From Nitrososphaerota archaeon (GTDB lineage: Archaea; Thermoproteota; Nitrososphaeria; Nitrososphaerales; UBA57), in NCBI GenBank assembly GCA_013306035.1, contig JABUBF010000001.1:14998-46997 (forward strand): a stretch of DNA of 32,000 nt, in the 5' to 3' direction. Of this stretch, positions 24,880 through 32,000 are shown piece after piece. A program made the position numbers and the translations under genes. Numbering within the stretch: position 1 is the first letter of the stretch; each line of letters opens with the position of its first letter. Below the pieces are notes generated by a model that was not told where the DNA came from, searched no databases, and was given only the letters and a program-made list of their open reading frames with translations.

Positions 24880-25209
24880 CTAAATACTTTCCATGTACAT
24901 AGATACAGGATTATCATTTGCCATTTTATTCCATAATTCAGTATCATGTATCTGAATTAATTGTATGTCGTTCATTTCTGTTTTTCCTGTTGTAGTTACT
25001 ATGTTTTCATTTTCGGTTGTAAAATTTATTTTAATGTTCTTTCCAACATCATGAAATTCTTCAGGAATAAGAATTTCTTTTTCTCCATATTTGATATATA
25101 TTGGAATTTCTAAATCATCATTAAAAATTTTTCCTGAAATATTAGATTCTGTTAAACTTACATCAACTTGAAACTTTATTGGGAATTCAATTTTTATATT
25201 CATAAACAT
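24880..25209 (-). CDS. Hypothetical protein (no recognisable motif)
   Basis: 109-aa ORF in stop-codon-rich AT-rich DNA, not overlapped by another gene. A TATA-like tttaaataaa lies upstream on the minus strand. Confidence 0.45.
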   Translation of the reverse strand: MFMNIKIEFPIKFQVDVSLTESNISGKIFNDDLEIPIYIKYGEKEILIPEEFHDVGKNIKINFTTENENIVTTTGKTEMNDIQLIQIHDTELWNKMANDNPVSMYMESI

Positions 25210-25500
25210 TCTTGAGATTCTTTATTTAAATCTGTACAACTATTTTTTCTCAATTTATCTCTATGAATCTTTATTATTTTATTATATTTGCTATATTTTT
25301 ATATATATAATGCCATTTGGCTAAAGACAGCGGCGTCAAACTCCATGCTTGTTCACCTACTATGGGATTCATGGATGTTAAAGAAGAAAATCTTATTCCT
25401 GAAGTCGATGATATTGTTGGAGCATCTGCATTCTTATCATAGGCCAGCGAACTTGATGCATTGACACTATTCATTTAAGTATTAGAAATTTAGATTCAAA

Positions 25501-25875
25501 GTGAGAAAGATGAAAATAAGCTCCAGACCAGTTAAAGAATATATTATTTCTAGTTTGATTAAACATGATTCTTCTGATAATTTGGCACGCCGAACTGCAA
25601 TACAGTCCCATTCAATGACTTCTCCATATGTTAAATGGATTGATGGTATTGTTTATCGACTTCTTAATTTAACTTTTGGTGGCGTAGATGAACGACTCAC
25701 TGAACAATTTGTTGACAATGGTATTATGTGGATAGACATTGAATATGCAGAAATGCCAACTTTTACATCTACTATTAATTCTCCTCAAGAAAATATTGTT
25801 GTTCCAGTTATTAATAACAGCAGTGACTCAAATGAAAAAGCATTAATTACGTGGATTAAGGATAATAGTCAATAA
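25501..25875 (+). CDS. Hypothetical protein (no recognisable motif)
   Basis: 124-aa ORF (GTG 25501, or ATG 25510) ending 4 nt before the next gene. No family recognised. Confidence 0.45.
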   Translation: MRKMKISSRPVKEYIISSLIKHDSSDNLARRTAIQSHSMTSPYVKWIDGIVYRLLNLTFGGVDERLTEQFVDNGIMWIDIEYAEMPTFTSTINSPQENIVVPVINNSSDSNEKALITWIKDNSQ

Positions 25876-25879
25876 GTAT

Positions 25880-26440
25880 ATGACTGATTCTCGTGAATTA
25901 ATTCGTAGCCAGATTAAACATACACGCACATCACAATCTGTAGATGATATTAATCTCAAATCTCAAAGTATACAGAATAAATTATTCTCTAATGAAATCT
26001 TCATGAAGAGTGACTGTGTTGCTTTTTATTATTCTTTGAATACGGAAGTTAATACTCATAATATGATTGATAAAACCCTGAATATTGGAAAAACAGTTTG
26101 TCTGCCCAGGATTAATGTTGAATCTAAAAATATGATATTTCATATAATCAACAATACCTATACTATGAAAACAAATAATCTTGGCATTCTTGAACCCACC
26201 GATGGAGAAATTTGTACGAATATTGATGTTATTATTGTTCCTGGCCTTGCTTTTGATCAATCAGGTAATAGGTTAGGTTTTGGTTCTGGATATTATGATA
26301 AATTCCTAAATTCTCAATCTATTGAATATAAAATTGCACTAGCATTTGATTTCCAGGTTGTTGATAAGATTGATATTATCGAACATGACGTCCCTATGGA
26401 CCTGATTATTACTGAAAATCGCACAATTAAAGTTAGATAA
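25880..26440 (+). CDS. 5-Formyltetrahydrofolate cyclo-ligase (MTHFS family)
   Basis: 186 aa with GLAFDQSGNRLGFGSGYYDKFL (the family G.G.G(Y/F)YD motif) and a C-terminal ..HDVPMD.. element. Confidence 0.82.
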   Translation: MTDSRELIRSQIKHTRTSQSVDDINLKSQSIQNKLFSNEIFMKSDCVAFYYSLNTEVNTHNMIDKTLNIGKTVCLPRINVESKNMIFHIINNTYTMKTNNLGILEPTDGEICTNIDVIIVPGLAFDQSGNRLGFGSGYYDKFLNSQSIEYKIALAFDFQVVDKIDIIEHDVPMDLIITENRTIKVR

Positions 26441-26485
26441 ATTATAAACATTTTAACTATTGTAATGTTTACATGATTATAGAAA

Positions 26486-27292
26486 TTGCAAAGCACTATT
26501 AATTCAAAATTACACGATTTAGAATCATGGTTTAAAAATTATGATTCCGTTTTGATTGCATTTTCAGGTGGAGTAGATAGTACTTTGTTAGCAAAAGCAG
26601 CATTTATTAGCATAGGTAAAAAAGCAATTGCAGTTACAGCTGATTCACCTAGTATCCCAAGAAGTGAATTAACTAACGCAAAATCTCTTGCTAAAATGAT
26701 TGGAATCAAACATCTTATAGTAAATACTAATGAAATGGAAAATCCACAATACACTCAAAATCCATCTAATCGATGTTATTATTGCAAGTCTGAATTATTT
26801 TCGACTTTGTCCAATCTTTTAAAGGAAAAAGATATTGAGATTATAGTAGATGGCACAAATATAGACGACTTATCTGATTTTCGTCCTGGTCTACAAGCAG
26901 CAAATGAAAATCAAATTCATCATCCCTTTGTAGATCTTAAATTTACTAAACTTGATATTCGAAATATTTCCAAACATCTACAATTATCAACTGCAGATCG
27001 ACCATCTGCACCGTGTCTTTCTTCACGTGTCTCTTATGGCCAGCCTATAACTCTTAAAACATTAACAAAAATCGAAAAAGCTGAAGCATTCATTAAAGAA
27101 CTTACAGGAATTGAAGTTTTACGTGTGCGAGATCATAATAATATGGCAAGAATTGAAGTGGGAAAACACGAACGCTCCTTGTTGTTTGACGAAATAATTA
27201 TGGATAGAATCGATAAAGAATTAAAACACATCGGTTTCAAGTACATAACCTTGGAACTATCAGGTTATAAATCAGGTAATCTAAATAAATAA
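26486..27292 (+). CDS. larE: LarE-type ATP-dependent sulfur transferase (PP-loop ATP pyrophosphatase, NPN cofactor biosynthesis)
   Basis: 268 aa with PP-loop AFSGGVDST and the APC177LSSR active-site Cys motif, plus C97yyC100. TTG start, with no in-frame ATG upstream. Followed by larB. Confidence 0.8.
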   Translation: MQSTINSKLHDLESWFKNYDSVLIAFSGGVDSTLLAKAAFISIGKKAIAVTADSPSIPRSELTNAKSLAKMIGIKHLIVNTNEMENPQYTQNPSNRCYYCKSELFSTLSNLLKEKDIEIIVDGTNIDDLSDFRPGLQAANENQIHHPFVDLKFTKLDIRNISKHLQLSTADRPSAPCLSSRVSYGQPITLKTLTKIEKAEAFIKELTGIEVLRVRDHNNMARIEVGKHERSLLFDEIIMDRIDKELKHIGFKYITLELSGYKSGNLNK

Positions 27293-27302
27293 TCTTACAA
27301 AA

Positions 27303-28067
27303 ATGATCATTGATGAAATATTGAAAAAAGTTTCAACTGGTGAACTTACTCCTAGTGCTGCAAAAAAACAAATTCAATTAAATTCTATACACGAAGTTCA
27401 GAATATCGCAAAGATTGATACTGGACGTTTATTTCGAAAAGGTGTTCCTGAGATCATTCTTGCAGAAGGAAAGTCTCCAGATCAAGTTGTTAAAATTGCT
27501 AAAAACATGTTCTCAACTTCAGGTCATGTGATAATTAGCCGTACTGATAAATCTCATATTACTGCAATCTCTAAATCTTTTACTAAAAAATACATTTGTA
27601 AAAATGTTCTTGCAAATACTGTCGTAATATCTAATAAAAAGAAGCAAAAAGTTCATGGACATGTTGCAATTATTACTGCAGGTACTGCAGATATTCCTGT
27701 TGCTGAAGAAGCTAAAGTAATAGTTGATGAAGTAGGATGTAAAAGTACTACATATTATGACGTTGGAATTGCGGGAATACATAGATTATTTTCCTCACTT
27801 TCATCTGTTATTCAAGACGATGTAGATGTAATAGTGGCCGTTGCAGGTCGTGAAGGAGCTATGCCTTCTATTATTGCTGGTATGGTTGACATACCTGTTA
27901 TTGGAGTACCAACATCAATCGGTTATGGCTATGGTGACAAAGGAACTGCTGCATTGATGAGTATGCTACAATCCTGTGCACTTGGTATTGCAACTGTAAA
28001 TATTGATTCCGGTATTGCTGCAGGAGTTCTTGCATCAATTATTGTTCAAAAAAAATCAATTAAATAA
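27303..28067 (+). CDS. larB: LarB, nicotinic acid adenine dinucleotide carboxylase/hydrolase (PurE-like domain)
   Basis: 254 aa. The C-terminal half (VAIITAGTADIPVAEEA...VAGREGAMPSIIAG...PVIGVPTSIGYG) is an AIR-carboxylase-like fold with the N-terminal extension typical of LarB. Confidence 0.82.
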   Translation: MIIDEILKKVSTGELTPSAAKKQIQLNSIHEVQNIAKIDTGRLFRKGVPEIILAEGKSPDQVVKIAKNMFSTSGHVIISRTDKSHITAISKSFTKKYICKNVLANTVVISNKKKQKVHGHVAIITAGTADIPVAEEAKVIVDEVGCKSTTYYDVGIAGIHRLFSSLSSVIQDDVDVIVAVAGREGAMPSIIAGMVDIPVIGVPTSIGYGYGDKGTAALMSMLQSCALGIATVNIDSGIAAGVLASIIVQKKSIK

Positions 28068-29297
28068 TTCTTTTTGTATCTGTTTTGAAATGTCATCTTT
28101 TAACACTATTAAATTCATTTTATGTTTCTCAGATAATTTGATAATCTGATCAAATTCTGGCTTAAATTGAATAATTTCTCCAGATTCTGATTTGACTACT
28201 TTTACATCAATTTCTTCATCATCATTATTTATCCTTACATTTATCTTCACATTCTCCCTCATCTGTATGAATCTTGATATTGGATATACTCTCACACCCA
28301 GTGTTCCTGTTTCTCGCATAACAATATTGGAGAAAAACTCTGTTTTGCTTAAGTTTGTAATTACTTTTAATACATTACTTGGACGACCCTTCTTTCCTAT
28401 TGTCGGTATTAACGATACATCTAATGCACCATAATCAATTATCTTCTGCATCGCATAACCTAATTCTTCTCCCGTTCTATCATCTATGTTTGTTTCAATT
28501 ATTGCAACTTCGTCAGTAACTAATTTGGATTTCTGTCCTAGTGTAATTCTTAGAATGTTTGGTATTTCTTTAAAATCAGACGAACCAGCTCCTATCCCTA
28601 TTATGTCTGGTTTTATTCCTGGGAAAAATTCTTGACTGTCTTCTACCAATGCCGCTAGCATCGACATGCCTGTCGGAGTTGCAGTTTCATACATTCCTGG
28701 CCCTCCTTTAATTATTATGTTATTTCTTCTAGCAATCTCTAATATCGCCGGTGCCGGATTCTGCATTTTTCCATGTGAGAATGTTATATCTCCCCCTCCG
28801 ATTGAAACTGGTGTAGTTATAATCTGTTTTAATTTAAATAATCCTAAATTATCTAACGCAGTTCCTGTTCCAATAATATCAACAAATGTGTCTATCGAAC
28901 CAGCTTCATGTAAATGCATCTCTTCTTTTGTCACTCCGTGTAATCTCTTTTCTGCAGAAATTAAATTCTCAAACGACCTCTTTATGAATGACTTGGCATC
29001 TTTAGATATGGAAATATTTTTGACGCAATTCTCCAAGTTATTATTTAATTCATTTACATTGTGTGTCGTATTATCTTCTTGAATTACAATATCTGCTTTT
29101 TTCGCACGAAACCCATTTTTTATTACATCAATAAAACTTATTTCTAGACGATTACAATTCTTGAAATAATCTTTAATACTTTCTATGTTATCGATTACTA
29201 ATTCTTCATCTGCTCCTAAATCTATTGTTGAACTTAATAGCATGTCTCCCGATATACCTGCGATACTTGGATCAATTACTAAAATATCATTTACCAT
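28056..29297 (-). CDS. larC: LarC, nickel insertion (cyclometallase) protein, single-polypeptide form (DUF111/TIGR00299)
   Basis: 413 aa with N-terminal IDPSIAGISGDMLL and HLHEAGSIDTFVDIIG motifs characteristic of LarC. Convergent with larB (12-nt tail overlap). Confidence 0.82.
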   Translation of the reverse strand: MVNDILVIDPSIAGISGDMLLSSTIDLGADEELVIDNIESIKDYFKNCNRLEISFIDVIKNGFRAKKADIVIQEDNTTHNVNELNNNLENCVKNISISKDAKSFIKRSFENLISAEKRLHGVTKEEMHLHEAGSIDTFVDIIGTGTALDNLGLFKLKQIITTPVSIGGGDITFSHGKMQNPAPAILEIARRNNIIIKGGPGMYETATPTGMSMLAALVEDSQEFFPGIKPDIIGIGAGSSDFKEIPNILRITLGQKSKLVTDEVAIIETNIDDRTGEELGYAMQKIIDYGALDVSLIPTIGKKGRPSNVLKVITNLSKTEFFSNIVMRETGTLGVRVYPISRFIQMRENVKINVRINNDDEEIDVKVVKSESGEIIQFKPEFDQIIKLSEKHKMNLIVLKDDISKQIQKELFN

Positions 29298-29371
29298 GTT
29301 CTATTAGACTAGTTATTGAATCTAATTTAAGGATGAAGACTTAAAATAACCATTAATGAAAATTATATAGG

Positions 29372-29468
29372 GGGCGCGTCGTCTAGCCAGAGTTGATTCA
29401 ACTCCTAGAATGGTTAGGATGTCGCCTTTACACGGCGAAGGTCCCCGGTTCAAATCCGGGCGTGCCCA
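29372..29468 (+). tRNA. tRNA-Val (anticodon UAC at 29429-29431) with a 22-nt intron in the D-loop; mature length 75 nt; CCA end not encoded
   Basis: Hand fold. Acceptor GGGCGCG/CGUGCCC with A73. D arm GUCU-AGCC|UGGUUA-GGAU. Anticodon arm UCGCC-UUUACAC-GGCGA. Variable AGGUC. T arm CCCGG-UUCAAAU-CCGGG. Confidence 0.9.
29389..29410 (+). other. tRNA-Val intron (22 nt), non-canonical, in the D-loop immediately after C17
   Basis: Textbook central BHB. The 4-bp helix is CUAG (29383-86) with CUAG (29405-08). The bulges are CC|A (29387-89) and AA|U (29409-11). The intron hairpin is GAGUUG-AUU-CAACUC. Excision restores AGCCUGGUUA. Confidence 0.88.
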
Positions 29469-29527
29469 CTAAATATCATCTAGTTCTACTTGCAAAGTTT
29501 ATTAACAATTATTAGTATGAATTTCTC

Positions 29528-29761
29528 ATGACTAGATTAATCAAACATTCTGCTGACAAACCCTTTATTCACATGACACCTTCTGGCGATAAAGTTGCAA
29601 TCTGCATGTGCGGTCTTAGTAAAACATACCCATTTTGTGATGCTTCCCATGGTAAAACAAAAGATGAAAGTGGTCAATTATGTTGTTACGACAAAGAAGG
29701 TAATCGCCTCTCTTCAGACGAATGGTCATACCAAGAAGATAAAGAAATCACTAACGTCTAG
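29528..29761 (+). CDS. CDGSH-type iron-sulfur domain protein (mitoNEET-like [2Fe-2S] motif)
   Basis: 77 aa with CMCGLSKTYPFCDASHG, which fits C-x-C-x2-(S/T)-x3-P-x-C-D-(G/A)-(S/A/T)-H. Confidence 0.72.
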   Translation: MTRLIKHSADKPFIHMTPSGDKVAICMCGLSKTYPFCDASHGKTKDESGQLCCYDKEGNRLSSDEWSYQEDKEITNV

Positions 29762-29764
29762 ATT

Positions 29765-31531
29765 TTATTTTACTGTAACTGATTTTGCCAAGTTTCTTGG
29801 ATAATCTGGATTATTCTTTCTTCTTATTGCCGTATAGTATGCTAAAAGCTGTAATGGAATAAGCTCAATCAACGGATACAAAATATTATCTACTTTGGGA
29901 ATCTTTATCCAATAATCATACACTTCATTATTTTCAGATGATATTCCTATTATCTTTGCACCTCTTGCTTTCATTTCTATTGCATTGTTCATTGTATCCT
30001 CATACGATTCATCTTTCGGATTAATAATTATTGCAGGCGTACCTTCCTCAACAAGAGCTAACGTTCCATGTTTAATTTCACCTGCTGCCATTCCTTCAGC
30101 ATGAATATATGCGAGCTCTTTTAGCTTTAATGCACCTTCTAATGCAATTGGATGATGTATTGATCTACCTAAGAAATATACATCATTTGATTCATTCAGT
30201 AATTCTATTATCTCATGTAATGATTTTTCGTTTGATATAATCTCCTTTATTTGCTTCGATAATTCTTCTATCTTTTCATTACCATCCTTCACCTTTCCTA
30301 ATTCAAATATTATCTTGTATACTATTGCTAATTGAGATGTAAAACTTTTAGTTGCAGCAACTCCAATTTCTGGCCCACAATTTAGATTCAGACTAATGTC
30401 ACTTACTCTTGACAATGAGGAACCTATTGTATTGTATATTGATAAAATAGTAACTCCTTTGTCTTTCAAATTACGAATTACTTCAAGTAAATCTGCAGTT
30501 TCTCCACTCTGAGATATAGGTATTAATATTGAATTTTCATTCATTAATTCTCTATATTCTTCTGATTCACTAGATAAAAACGCCTGTACCTGACTTTTTA
30601 CAAATTTTGTAAGCATTTTCTTAAATATTAACGCTATATGAAAACTCGAACCCGATCCTGTGATAAAAATATTCTTTCCACTCAATAATTCTTTGACAAA
30701 TTTTTCAAATTCTTCCTTATCTTGATTTAATGCAGTTTTTACCGTAGAGCTTTGTTCATGTATCTCCTTAATAGTATGGTGTGAAAATTCCTCTTTTGAA
30801 ATATCTGCTGCTTCCCAAGCTACATGTGTTTTATCTCGTGTTATTTTATCTCCATTAAAATTTAGTATTTCAATTGAATTTTGTGTAACTTTTACTATTT
30901 CTTTGTCTTCTAAAAATATTACATTATCTGTATAATCTATGAAAGAAACAATATCGCTTGAAATAAAATTCTCATTTTCCCCAATTCCAACAATTAACGG
31001 TGCATATTTTCTTACTCCATAGATTTCATTTGTCCTATCACTAAAAATTACGACTAGTGCAAAACTACCGTTTAATTTCTTACTAATATTCTGTAATGTT
31101 TTTATTGGATCTTTTAATTTATTGTATTCTTCTTCAATTAAATGTGCTATTACTTCTGAATCCGTCTGACTCTGAAAATTATGATTATCTGATAACTCTT
31201 TAAATAATTTCCTGTAATTTTCTATAATCCCATTATGAACTAGTATTACTTCTTTATTACATGATAAATGTGGGTGAGCGTTTTCTTTTGTTACTCCTCC
31301 ATGTGTAGCCCATCTTGTATGGGCAACCCCAACTTTACCTTCTGCTTGCCCTAATTGAATTTTTTCATTTATTGAATCTATTCTTCCAATATCCTTCTTT
31401 ATTATTATCTTATCTTCATGAATAGTTGAAATTCCTGCTGAATCATAACCTCTGTATTCCATTCTTTTTAATGATTTTAATAAAATTGGAGCTGCATCTT
31501 TATGTCCAATATATCCAGTTATTCCACACAT
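29765..31531 (-). CDS. glmS: Glutamine--fructose-6-phosphate aminotransferase (isomerising)
   Basis: 588 aa with N-terminal MCGI (Ntn catalytic Cys after Met removal), two SIS domains, and the C-terminal ..RNLAKSVTVK typical of GlmS (..KSVTVE). Confidence 0.92.
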   Translation of the reverse strand: MCGITGYIGHKDAAPILLKSLKRMEYRGYDSAGISTIHEDKIIIKKDIGRIDSINEKIQLGQAEGKVGVAHTRWATHGGVTKENAHPHLSCNKEVILVHNGIIENYRKLFKELSDNHNFQSQTDSEVIAHLIEEEYNKLKDPIKTLQNISKKLNGSFALVVIFSDRTNEIYGVRKYAPLIVGIGENENFISSDIVSFIDYTDNVIFLEDKEIVKVTQNSIEILNFNGDKITRDKTHVAWEAADISKEEFSHHTIKEIHEQSSTVKTALNQDKEEFEKFVKELLSGKNIFITGSGSSFHIALIFKKMLTKFVKSQVQAFLSSESEEYRELMNENSILIPISQSGETADLLEVIRNLKDKGVTILSIYNTIGSSLSRVSDISLNLNCGPEIGVAATKSFTSQLAIVYKIIFELGKVKDGNEKIEELSKQIKEIISNEKSLHEIIELLNESNDVYFLGRSIHHPIALEGALKLKELAYIHAEGMAAGEIKHGTLALVEEGTPAIIINPKDESYEDTMNNAIEMKARGAKIIGISSENNEVYDYWIKIPKVDNILYPLIELIPLQLLAYYTAIRRKNNPDYPRNLAKSVTVK

Positions 31532-31567
31532 AATTAAAATCTTGAAGCTATATTAACAGATAAAAAA

Positions 31568-31969
31568 CTATGCCCTTCTTCCTCTTCTACCGCCAGCTTT
31601 TCTAGTCGTATCATGAGGAATTGGCGTTACATCTTCAATTTTTCCTACTCTAAATCCTCCTCTTGCAATTGCTCTGATTACTGCTTGTGCTCCAGGTCCT
31701 GGAGTTCTTCCACCTACTCCTCCAACTGCACGTACTCTGATGTGTAAGTGTTCTATTCCTTTTGATCTAGCAATTTCTGCCGCTGCTTGGGCAGCTTTCA
31801 TTGCGGCATATGGTGTTGCTTGGAATCTATCAGCTTTAACATGCCTTCCACCAGAGCTTATTGCAATTGTTTCCGAACCACTCAAGTCTGTTATATGAAC
31901 AATTGTATTATTATAACTACTAAAAATATGCACTATTCCCCATTTCTTTGATACATCAGAAATACTCAT
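31568..31969 (-). CDS. rps11: 30S ribosomal protein S11 (uS11)
   Basis: 133 aa with [18 protein letters not shown]...RVRAVGG...[15 protein letters not shown], typical of uS11. Basic C-terminal tail. Confidence 0.92.
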   Translation of the reverse strand: MSISDVSKKWGIVHIFSSYNNTIVHITDLSGSETIAISSGGRHVKADRFQATPYAAMKAAQAAAEIARSKGIEHLHIRVRAVGGVGGRTPGPGAQAVIRAIARGGFRVGKIEDVTPIPHDTTRKAGGRRGRRA

Positions 31970-32000
31970 TTCTCTGTTGATTCCTCTTTAGTTTTTATAT

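Noticed and set aside
25274-25474. 66-aa minus-strand Ser-rich ORF
   Set aside because: I did not list it as a feature. It has no motif, leaves only 26-35 nt to the divergent 124-aa ORF, and a plausible short ORF exists on the opposite strand. I kept it as an open question in the findings.
25982-29082. Shadow ORFs 25982-26260, 26314-26496, 26539-26754, 27519-27782 (all -), and 28192-28434 and 28666-29082 (+)
   Set aside because: They are antisense to the MTHFS, larE, larB and larC genes, all of which carry family motifs.
29595-29804. 69-aa plus-strand ORF overlapping the CDGSH gene in another frame and running into glmS
   Set aside because: The CDGSH frame carries a recognisable motif and this one has none. 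It also overlaps the glmS 3' end.
1-32000. Search by eye for CRISPR arrays, IS elements or transposases, integrases, prophage genes, toxin-antitoxin pairs and known defence systems
   Set aside because: I found no regularly spaced direct repeats, no terminal inverted repeats flanking ORFs, and no ORF with transposase, integrase, nuclease or ATPase defence signatures. The only repeats seen are the cyclophilin and membrane-protein tandem duplications.

Overview
AT-rich (by eye about one-third G+C, not computed), densely packed archaeal chromosomal segment. Gene content and RNA features fit an ammonia-oxidising thaumarchaeon (Nitrosopumilus-like): archaeal PheRS and TrpRS, BHB-type tRNA introns, an unlinked 5S rRNA, and an EFG-less complex I with an extra NuoM. 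This taxonomic call is inference. Layout: (1) 1-10.8 kb is a nuoB(partial)-C-D-H-I-J-K-M-L-M-N operon. (2) 10.7-20.5 kb holds housekeeping genes: polyprenyl synthase, two tandem cyclophilins, pheT, pheS, trpS, 5S rRNA, a DUF1512-like protein with a coupled Zn-ribbon protein, map, and archaeal PPAT. (3) 20.5-25.9 kb looks more accessory: an intron-containing tRNA-Trp, a CarH-like B12-binding putative regulator with a non-MerR N-terminus, two atypical SDRs, a pair of small membrane-protein paralogs (one frameshifted), and orphan small ORFs. (4) 25.9-32 kb holds 5-formyl-THF cyclo-ligase, larE-larB/larC (nickel-pincer cofactor synthesis) with no larA in the window, a tRNA-Val with a D-loop intron, a CDGSH protein, glmS and rps11. 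I saw no CRISPR array, transposase, integrase or obvious defence system. The best leads are the CarH-like Wx9EH/His protein at 20706-21563 with its neighbourhood, an unexplained G+C-enriched structured element in the 308-nt spacer at about 11686-11840, and the two hand-resolved tRNAs with non-canonical introns.
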